64,000 bases of DNA, taken from contig NIVC01000778.1 in assembly GCA_002269645.1 (NCBI GenBank), positions 380,235-444,234 of the forward strand, in the 5' to 3' direction. The position numbers and the translations under genes are program-made. Positions 51,990 to 62,100 of this stretch are shown one piece after another. Within the stretch, counting starts at the first letter, position 1. Each line of letters begins with the position of its first letter. This DNA comes from Macrostomum lignano. Taxonomy: Eukaryota. A model generated the notes under the pieces. It was not told the origin of the DNA. It saw nothing but the letters and a program-made list of their open reading frames with translations, and searched no databases.

Positions 51990-53935
51990 TGCACCAAATT
52001 TTTGTGAACAGAATATTCTCAGTGAAATGAAATATTTGAAGCTTTATTTATTCCCGGCATAGCACATCACTACAAAGAACGTGCATATACGCGTACCATT
52101 TAATACTGGCATACTTTAAGCGTAGGATGATACGAAACTGCGTGAATAAATTCGCCGAACTATTAAACATTTCTGTTAGTTTCACGATTATTATACACAG
52201 TACATGTACAAAGTAACAGTACTGTTCAACTGTACTGTTACGAGCTACAACAAACAAAAAACAACAAACGACCGGTACGTGCTTTTAATTAAATTTTAAA
52301 CAACCGAAAATTGACGTTCAGCAGTTAAAACAATATTTAAACCAACACATGCATTTATTCAAATGATATGATATGATCTTCTGCTGCTAATACGAGCGTA
52401 GCAGGTGAAAATTTGCAATGATGTAATAATTAATTAACAAAAGGATAGACTGTCGCTTCAGCAGATGGTGCCATCGACAAGCAGCCAGTATAGCTTTAGC
52501 AGTACAAAAATGTACATGTATATGCCATCCTGACTACCTGCCGACTCGCGTCACTGCTCAATTGCATGCATTGGGTGTAAGCAAAGGTAGAGACATTCAT
52601 TCTCAAACCAAACATTAAGTCGCTCCGCTCTGCTTAAGGCTGCTACAGAGCTTGACTGCAAATGCTCCTTTTAGAGTCTGGAACCACAGGGTATATAGAG
52701 CAGCTCCTATACACCATTCACAAACTCTTTTAGCCCAGTTAAGATGCAGTCAACCTACTCTCAATGAGGGCTGCTTCATAAATTCCAATTATACATACAT
52801 GTTTCACCTGCTTATACCTGTACTATTTCTGTTTACTGACTGTATTTTATGGTCTGTTCAGCGACTGTATTAGTGACTGCATTATTGTCTGTTTAGAGGC
52901 TGTATTGTCTGTTAAACGACTGTATTGTCTGTTTAGAGGCTGTATTGTCTGTTAAACGACTGTATTGTCTGTTTAGAGGCTGTATTGTCTGTTAAACGAC
53001 TGTATTGTCTGTTTAGAGGCTGTATTGTCTGTTAAACGACTGTATTGTCTGTTTAGAGACTGCATTGTCTGTTTAGAGACTGTATTGTCTGTTTAGAGAC
53101 TGCATTGTCTGTTTAGAGACTGTATTGTCTGTTTAGAGACTGTATTGCCTGTTTAGAGACTGTATTGTCTGTTTAGAGGCTGTATTGTCTGTTAAACGAC
53201 TGTATTGTCTGTTTAGAGACTGTATTGCCTGTTTAGAGACTGTATTGTCTGTTTAGAGGCTGTATTGTCTGTTTAGAGGCTGTATTGTCTGTTAAACGAC
53301 TGTATTGTCTGTTTAGAGACTGTATTGCCTGTTTAGAGACTGTATTGTCTGTTTAGAGGCTGTATTGTCTGTTAAACGACTGTATTGTCTGTTTAGAGGC
53401 TGTATTGTCTGTTAAACGACTGTATTGTCTGTTTAGAGGCTGTATTGTCTGTTAAACGACTGTATTGTCTGTTTAGAGGCTGTATTGTCTGTTAAACGAC
53501 TGTATTGTCTGTTAAACGACTGTATTGTCTGTTTAGAGACTGCATTGTCTGTTAAAGGCTGTATTGCCTGTTTAGACATTGTATTGTCTGTTTAGAGACT
53601 ATATTGTCTGCTTAAGGCTGTATTGTCTGTTTAGAGGCTGTATTGCCTGTTTAGAGGCTGTATTGTCTGTTTAGAGGCTGTATTGTCTGTTTAGAGGCTG
53701 TATTGCCTGTTTAGAGGCTGTATTGCCTGTTTAGGGATTGCATCATTGTCTGTTAAAGGCCTGTATTTATTCTGTAATTTCTACTTTAAGTACTGTTACA
53801 TTTATGTCCTATGAGTATAAGGAGGAACTTACGAAACATTCCTCGTAAATAGGATTTACTCAATGCACTCTCTCAGGGCTATCAGTTCATTGAGACTCTA
53901 CGCGACTTTGATTTCACTCTCAGCCATCAGACGCT
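51990..53935. repeat. Copy 1 of a ~2-kb internal direct duplication, including a 20-bp satellite (TGTATTGTCTGTTTAGAGGC)n at 52880-53760
   Basis: Matches 57070-59140. The core 52434-52920 is apparently identical to 57499-57985 (offset 5065). Confidence 0.95.
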
Positions 53936-53968
53936 CGGTCAAAAAAGTGGCGCGCCAACTGTGGCAAC

Positions 53969-55540
53969 TCACTGATACGAAGTGCTGTTCTGTACGCTGT
54001 GATCATCGAACGACATTCTGCTCGACTCATCCTGACCGTCGACACCTCCACTGCGGTGAAACTGACTCCGGTCATCACCCGTCGACACTCGTCTGTATCG
54101 AATCTGCGAGAAGAAAAAATTTATAAGGATATAAAATATGCGTAACAAGAAAGTCCTATTAAGCATGAATACATAAAAGCAACACAATAAGTACTGTTCT
54201 CTTTGCTATTCAATTTGCGATTTTCAAAATAAATAGCTTAACTGAACACCTGTCTAACCTGGTAACCTAACAAACTTTATTATATTTAATCTTAATACTA
54301 AAAGTGGTGCGTTGTTTGTCTGTATAATCAACTAAATTTGTAGAAAATCACTCACCTTTTTGCCATTTCCGAAGTCCCTCACAATTTCCTTCGAGTGTTT
54401 GTCATAAAACTCAAACAAGGCAGCAGGCTCCCGAATTATGGTCACACTTTCGTCTCCAATCTCATCAGCACCAAGTCCTGGAGTAGGCACTGGAGCGGGC
54501 ACAGGTTCAAACCGGGTATCGCCTTCCTTTGCATTCCTATACCAGTCAGCCAAGACTCTGGCTTCACCATCGTCACTGTTGCATTTTACGTCAGAGTTCG
54601 AGCATCCCAACGTGACGGAGCCCGAATACTCCTGCACCTTTGCTCTTCTTATGGACAAAACATCGCCGATGTTCCACCTGTCCACTTGAGCTGAGGACGA
54701 ACCCCAAAACGTGCAGCTTACAGAGCCGAAGGTTCGGTCAACCAAAGTCACTTTGGCTACGTTAACCTTTTTCCCAGCACGCGTTCGGACTTCTTCAGAC
54801 GGTTGCCTGGCGTCGATCACTCCAAGCACATCGACGATTCTGATAGTGAAAGGGAGCAAAGGGACTTTTTTTAACTATTTGCACACTAACTTAAGCATCA
54901 CATTAGATTTCTATTTGTACACTAACAGGAGCATCATGAAGCTAATAACCCAGGCTTCGTACAGTGTTGCGATGATAAATATTTTCAAACACAAGACAAA
55001 CTAACTGTCACCCAAAAACACGATTACATGTACTTTCACTCCGCGATATTTGAGCACTAATACATGACGAAAACTACTAAATCAATTAGTCACTCACCTG
55101 TCCAATCCAGTCTGTTGCAGTTGATTAATGCTAGTGTAATCAATTACTGGATCTCGAGCAACCGGCACTTCGTTGCTTCTATAGATGAAGCCCTTGGAAT
55201 CCACGGAAACGGTCATCTCAAGTGGATTGTCCGTACACTTGTACTCTGGCTTGGCAGTCTTCACCATCCCGCCGGATATGCGAACGGCTTCAGCATCGTT
55301 GCATACTTCCCAGATAGCTTGCAAATCCTTACCGAAGACGCTGACTCGCATCTCAGATGAGTCGTCCACCAAGATGAACGAAAACACTTGGCCCTGACCT
55401 TTGTTGTTATTATACGTGTGAACGTCTTTCAGGTTCGTCACAAGGCCAGTGACAGGCGTAGGCATTTGCCCAACTGTCAGACCGGCAATCCCATCCTTCT
55501 TCGACTTCTTTTTCAAAGGTGACTCTGAATAAGAGGCCAT
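53969..55540 (-). CDS. RPA70-like single-stranded-DNA-binding protein (two OB folds, DBD-A/B), about 353 aa, 3 exons
   Basis: Exons 55098-55540, 54356-54839 and 53969-54103, phase-consistent GT-AG. Motifs GQGQVFSFILVDDSSEMRVSVF, VKTAKPEY..NPLEM, IVDVLGVI, VTLVDRT..VSCTFWG, AKVQEYSG, EARVLADWY follow RPA1. No DBD-C/Zn finger or DBD-F. Confidence 0.88.
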
Positions 55541-55619
55541 TTTGCACAAAATATTATTCAACAATTGAAAAAAGAACTGATAAAAAGTATCAATCAAACT
55601 TTTTCTAAGCAATGATAAG

Positions 55620-56350
55620 CTTTAACTGTAAGACAACAAAATTGGCTCAACAAATCACAAGCTATATATATGTAGAAATAAAAGTAGCCACGAAAAAAAC
55701 ACCACCTCCCCTCCAGCCCAGTACATTGTACTCAATTTTGCATTCATTTTTACTTTATTACACAATCTAATTGGCTGGACACACAACCCAACCCAATCAC
55801 TCCAGTGCCCAGCATTAAAGCACACACTGCACCCTCTGATGTACGCTAAGGTCTCCTCACTTTTCTCACCTAATCCTTTTGTTTGTTTGCTATCTCGTTT
55901 TATGGTGACACAATTCTCACCGACTGACTCAGCAAGTGTAGGCAATACTTTAAGAGTTCGCGGCCGCGTGTACTTCACTGCACAAACAAAACTTGTATGG
56001 CGCGGCTGACTGGTTGAGCCATTTTCGCACCTTCTAAGCCGGGAAAGAAAAATAGGCGACCCTCCTCAAGTCAGGCTGCATGGCCACCAGTACGCTAGAC
56101 AATTTTTAGGCCAATCGCCGCTCTAAAGCCCTGACCTGCACAACCGACCAATAGGAAGCCTCAGACTTGTACAGAAAACCACCGTAAGGCTCAGCGAAGC
56201 GACGACGCACAACCCATAACCCCTAATTTTATTCGCCCCTACACCTCAGTTTCAGTGCCTATATAGTCTGATATAGTCTGATTCATATATTTAGAGTCAT
56301 ATATTTCTATATTAGAGTCTCAACAAATCATATTTTCTCAATCAAATCAT
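55620..56350. promoter_or_regulatory. Putative bidirectional promoter between the RPA-like and zinc-knuckle genes
   Basis: CCAAT/ATTGG boxes at ~55641, 55770, 55793, 56111 and 56148. TATA-like motifs near 55663 and 56261. A-rich contexts before both ATGs. Confidence 0.5.
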
Positions 56351-56363
56351 CAACAAATCAACA

Positions 56364-56976
56364 ATGCATATTACACAAATATTTGGTGGCGGCGGCGGCG
56401 GTAGGCGAGGCGGCGGTCAGCGCGGCGGCTGGCAGCGCGGCAGGGGCGGCCCACGCGGAAAGAGCAGTGAGTACCTTCCTAAGACACTGTAAATCTTGTG
56501 CTTTGAGTACATTCGAGTATAGTCTTAAATTTTATCTAATTGTAGCCTGTTACTGACTTTCATGCTACTCGTATTATTACTGATAAATTTTGCAAAAATT
56601 TCCCTTCTTTTAATTGCCAGTCGTTTGTTTCTTCTGTGGAGGCCGCCACCGCGTTGCCAGCTGCAACGCGATGAAGGCCGCCGCCCGCCTTCTGCAGCAG
56701 CAACAGCAGCAGCAACAGCAGCAGCAGCAGCCGCAGCAGCAGCCGCAGCAACAGCAGCAGCCGCAGCAACAGCAGCAGCATCAGCAGCCGCAGCAACAGC
56801 AGCAGCATCAGCAGCCGCAGCAACAGCAGCAGCAGCAGCCGCAGCAACAGCAGCAGCATCAGCAGCCGCAGCAACAGCAGCAGCATCAGCAGCCGCAGCA
56901 ACAGCAGCAGCAGCAGCCGCAGCAGCAGCAACAGCAGCCGCAGCAACAGCAGCCGCAGCCAATGAATGAATTGTAA
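56364..56976 (+). CDS. Small RGG-box / CCHC zinc-knuckle / polyQ protein, 152 aa, 2 exons
   Basis: Exon 1 56364-56466 (MHITQIFGGGGGGRRGGGQRGGWQRGRGGPRGKS) with donor A|GTGAGT. Intron 56467-56620 has a pyrimidine tract and CAG. Exon 2 56621-56976 (IVCFFCGGRHRVASCNAMKAAARLLQQQ..QPQ..PMNEL*). Phase 1 matches across the junction. Confidence 0.72.
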
Positions 56977-57069
56977 ATTCCAAAATAAACTATGACTTTT
57001 TTGACTTTTGATTAAAATCCGCGATAGACTTATTTATTTTTTTGGACTTTTGAAACAATGGCGCACCAG

Positions 57070-59140
57070 TACAAAGTTTTGTGAACAGAATATTCTAATG
57101 CCATGAAATATTCAAAGTATAATTCATTCTCACCATAGCATGTCATGACAAAGAATGACCGTACATACACACTTACCATTTCATACTGGCTTACTTTGAA
57201 AGTAGAACAATACGAATCTGCATGAATAATTTCGCCGAACTATTAAACATTTCTAAGTTTTACGATTATTATACACAGTACAAAAAACTGTTTTATCCAT
57301 TTTTAACTGCTATAACTAACAAAGAAGCAAACGGCGAATTAAATTTTAAACTATTAACAACCACAAATTGAAGTTTAAAAATTGAAACAAAAGTTAAACA
57401 AACACTTGTATTTATTCAAACAATATATGATCTGCTTCTGACTACTAACGCTGAGCAAGTTTAATATTTCGTACAGATATTGAAAAATGTAATAATTATT
57501 AACAAAAGGATAGACTGTCGCTTCAGCAGATGGTGCCATCGACAAGCAGCCAGTATAGCTTTAGCAGTACAAAAATGTACATGTATATGCCATCCTGACT
57601 ACCTGCCGACTCGCGTCACTGCTCAATTGCATGCATTGGGTGTAAGCAAAGGTAGAGACATTCATTCTCAAACCAAACATTAAGTCGCTCCGCTCTGCTT
57701 AAGGCTGCTACAGAGCTTGACTGCAAATGCTCCTTTTAGAGTCTGGAACCACAGGGTATATAGAGCAGCTCCTATACACCATTCACAAACTCTTTTAGCC
57801 CAGTTAAGATGCAGTCAACCTACTCTCAATGAGGGCTGCTTCATAAATTCCAATTATACATACATGTTTCACCTGCTTATACCTGTACTATTTCTGTTTA
57901 CTGACTGTATTTTATGGTCTGTTCAGCGACTGTATTAGTGACTGCATTATTGTCTGTTTAGAGGCTGTATTGTCTGTTAAACGACTGTATTGTCTGTTAA
58001 ACGACTGTATTGTCTGTTTAGAGGCTGTATTGTCTGTTAAACGACTGTATTGTCTGTTTAGAGGCTGTATTGTCTGTTAAACGACTGTATTGTCTGTTTA
58101 GAGACTGCATTGTCTGTTTAGAGACTGTATTGTCTGTTTAGAGACTGCATTGTCTGTTTAGAGACTGTATTGTCTGTTTAGAGACTGTATTGCCTGTTTA
58201 GAGACTGTATTGTCTGTTTAGAGGCTGTATTGTCTGTTTAGAGACTGTATTGCCTGTTTAGAGACTGTATTGTCTGTTTAGAGGCTGTATTGTCTGTTTA
58301 GAGGCTGTATTGTCTGTTTAGAGGCTGTATTGTCTGTTTAGAGGCCGTATTGTCTGTTTAGAGGCTGTATTGTCTGTTTAGAGGCTGTATTGTCTGTTTA
58401 GAGACTGTATTGCCTGTTTAGAGGCTGTATTGTCTGTTTAGAGACTGTATTGCCTGTTTAGAGACTGTATTGCCTGTTTAGAGACTGCATTGTCTGTTTA
58501 GAGGCTGTATTGCCTATTTAGAGACTGTATTGTCTGCTTAGAGGCCGTATTGTCTGTTTAGAGACTGTATTGTCTGTTTAGATACCGTATTGTCTGTCTA
58601 GTGACTGTATTGTCTGTTTAGGGACTGTATTGTCCGTTTAGAGACCGTATTGTCTGTAGAGACTGTATTGCCTGTTTAGAGGCTGTATTGCCTGCTTAGA
58701 GGCTGTATTGTCTGTTTAGAGACTGTATTGTCTGTTTAGAGACTGTATTGTCTGTTTAGAGACTGTATTGCCTGTTTAAAGGCTGTATTGTCTGTTTAGA
58801 GGCTGTATTGTCTGTTAAGAGGCTCTATTGTCTGTTTAGAGGCTGTATTGTCTGTTTAGAGGCTGTATTATTGTCTGTTTAGAGACTGTCTGCATAGTGA
58901 CTGTATTATTGTCTGTTTATACCTGTACTACTATCTGTTTAGTGACTGTATGATCAGTGGCTGTAGTTTTGTCTGTTAAATGACTGTATATCATGTTCGT
59001 GTAAAACTGTTATAGATGAGTATAAGAAAGAACTTATGAAACATCCCTCGTAAATAGGATTTACTCAATGTACTCTCTCAGGGCTATCAGTTCATTGAGA
59101 CTTCACGCGACTTTGATTTCATTCTCTACAGTCAGACGCC
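57070..59140. repeat. Copy 2 of the ~2-kb internal direct duplication, with the 20-bp satellite at 57945-58890
   Basis: Matches 51990-53935. Confidence 0.95.
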
Positions 59141-59197
59141 AGACACTTCTCAAACACATCTCTTGGACTTGAACTCACGAATAGCGTCCGAAAATGC

Positions 59198-62100
59198 TTA
59201 GTCTCCAGTCAGCACCTCTGGGTACACCACGTTCCTCGTCTTAGTTCCAGAAGTACGGACACGGACATTAGCAGCGTTCCTCGCTCGCGACAGAGCCGTA
59301 TACAGCTGGCCATGAGTGAAGCAACCGACAGCGAGGTCCACGCCAACTGTGTCCAGAGACTGTCCCTGCGACTTGTGGATCGTCAGGCAGAAGCTCGGCT
59401 TCACAGGGAACTGCAGCCGCTTGAAACTGACGGGGAGGTCCGCATTGCTTGGAATCAGCGGGATTCGCGGCAGAAGAATCTCGTCTCCCGTGAACTGGCC
59501 GGCGGCAATCTTGCATCTAAGCACGTTCTCGCCCATCGCGAGTATGATGAGCCGCGTACCATTGCACAATCGTGGCGGGTTGATGTTCCTGAGAAGAACT
59601 ACTGGCATACCCTCCTTTAGCCTCAGCAAGTGAATCGGAAAGTTCGGGGCATCCAGCTGGTTGAGCAACTCAGGCGGGAAGTGCGTAGCGGCATCCTCAT
59701 CGGCCACAGTGTCTATCGAGCGGTACTCCCGCAGGCTTCCGGGGAACATGCCCAGACACGTCTCATTGATGGCATCCACTGAGTCATTGTAAGGCGCCAG
59801 GATCGCTCGGCTTGCAAAGTAGCTGTCTCTCTCCACTGGTTCTTCAAACGATGGGTACACAAAATTGATTAGATCAGTGAGAGGCCCTTCCGCAGAAATC
59901 ACGATCTCGGCTGGCAGAGACACTTTCTCCTCCGCATCCTGCTTCATTGTTCCGGATCCGATCTGTGGAGGGTTAAAATGTCGAATATTTCATAACCTAT
60001 ACACACTTTTAAGCATAGACATTCCTAAATGACGCAAACTTAAAAAAATTGAGCTCAAAAACAAATCCGCGTCTAGTGTATCATTGTCAATCATTTAATA
60101 AACTGATGAAATCAGACTTACCTGCTTGAGTAGCTCGGTGTACATCTGATACGCTACAGAATCGGAACTGCTCAGCATCCGGATGTTTCTCGTCAGGCGA
60201 TGCCGTTGGAAGTATTTCCACAGTGAGGATCGGCTAACACACGCCATGACACTGTTAGCACGAGTCCCATGCACCACAACGGGTAGGAGCTGCCGGAAGT
60301 CACCAGCGCACACAAACACCAGTCCGCCAAATGGCGAGTCCTGCTTCCGCACATCTCGCAAGCACCGGTCGACCGCCTCCAAATCCTTCCGGTTTGTCAT
60401 AGAAATCTCGTCCCACACAATTAGACGCGCTGTGCGAAATACAGCAGCTTGTTTGGACTGCACTCCAACAGCGCACACGTCCTTGTTTGAGCGTAATACC
60501 CGAATTGGTATCTTGAACCTGACATGGAAAAATTTGGGTATCATACAGCAGAGGAAGTATTCACATATTTACTTGTTTAATTATTCGTAAGTTACTAATA
60601 ATTTACAAATTAAATATAAACAACTCACGTGGAATGCGCAGTTTGTCCACCTGGCAACAGAGTCGCTGCGATTCCTGAAGCCGCAACGGCGAGAGCGACT
60701 TCACCCCGGCTGCGCACGAAGGCCAGCAAAACCTCCAGCAGGAAAGTCTTGCCAGTACCAGCGGGCGCGTCCAGGAAGTGCAAGCCGCCGTTGCCGCTCA
60801 CAAGATCCTGAGTCACTGACTCGTACACGTCTTTCTGCTCGTCTGTCAGCATTGGTAAGCGTGCCTCAGTAATCTGCGCTTGCTCAATCGTATCGAACTG
60901 CATCGGTCCATCTTGAGGCATCACGGAGGCCGCAGGCAAGCCGTACTCTGGCAGGCTTCTCCCACCCATGGAGGTCAGCATGCTCTGCAGCTCGCGGAGC
61001 GCTAGGTCAGTAATCTCCTCGGCACTTAAATCTCGATGGTGGAACCGCAGGTCCTCGCACATATTTCGCAAAAGAGCACCAAAGGTCGTTGCCATCCTCA
61101 GGCTCGCCCCATATGAGAATGACAGCCAGAATGTGTCTCAGGGCTCTTGGCATTCTTGACTGAACGGCCTCAGCTAGGCACCGCCGCCAGTGGTCATCTC
61201 GCTGCAGCAGACAAGTGCCATGCAAGCAGCCTTGGCGCTCGGATGCACAACGCCGTCCACGGTCTGCAGCGCCTCGAAGCTGGTTGGTCCCTTGACTCGC
61301 AAAAGAAGCATGCGAACATAAAATAAATCACCAGTTCTTGGGCTCACCGTGTACATGCGTGCAACGTTTGTGTTCCGCACTACACCCGGGTGGCCATCGA
61401 CTTTCGCGCCTCGCTTGGCCCGCCGCCACACTCTTTCACTGGCATGCCACACGAAGTAGGACGGCACCTCCGTGTAGAGCAAGGACCGAGCAAACTCGTC
61501 AGTACGGCACAGCTTGAAAAATGCTGTCAACGTAGAGTCCCTCGGCGTCCTGGCTCTAGCACTTGCGGTCTGCTCGTTGAAATACACGAGCTGCTCCTCC
61601 GACTTGTGAACGCAGAGCCGGATGACCGCCGGAAATCTGTCATGCACCTGATCAGAAGGTGGAGAGAAATAATCGCTTTTAAGTTTTTTCTGAATACAAA
61701 AAGGCCACAGTTTTGCAATATTTACTCTTAAAATTTAAAATATTTATTACTTCAAAGCCCAAAATTGTATTCACAGCTTCCATTGGGCCAATGTAGCGCG
61801 CAGACAGATACTCCTTGATTTCATCACGCGGCCTCTCTCCATCGTTTGCCGCTACCGTTTGCGTCGGCTGCTGACTACCCGCACTCTGTTCTGTCGCTTC
61901 AGCAGAATTCTGATTGGCATTGACTTTGAACGTTGCCATGTCGCCGCCCTTCAGCAAGTACTTGATCACGTACTTGGACCGACTTTACAGTGGCACAAAC
62001 TTCAACGTTCATGTGGCACGCAAACTGGAGCAACAGTTCAGGGCTATAAGGCACAACCCACCTGTGGTTTTAAGGAAAAAAACATTGTCAAACGTTTCCA

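Noticed and set aside
52652-52873. Identical 73-aa ORF here and at 57717-57938
   Set aside because: Identity is explained by the segmental duplication. There is no ATG start in the track frame (TTG) and no recognisable motif.
55655-55978. 107-aa minus-strand ORF upstream of the RPA-like gene
   Set aside because: Non-ATG start, no recognisable motifs, and it overlaps the CCAAT-rich spacer.
56525-56983. Poly-Ala and poly-Leu ORFs
   Set aside because: These are alternative frames and strands of the CAG-rich tract. Only the + strand Gln frame links to a knuckle, splice sites and a start codon.
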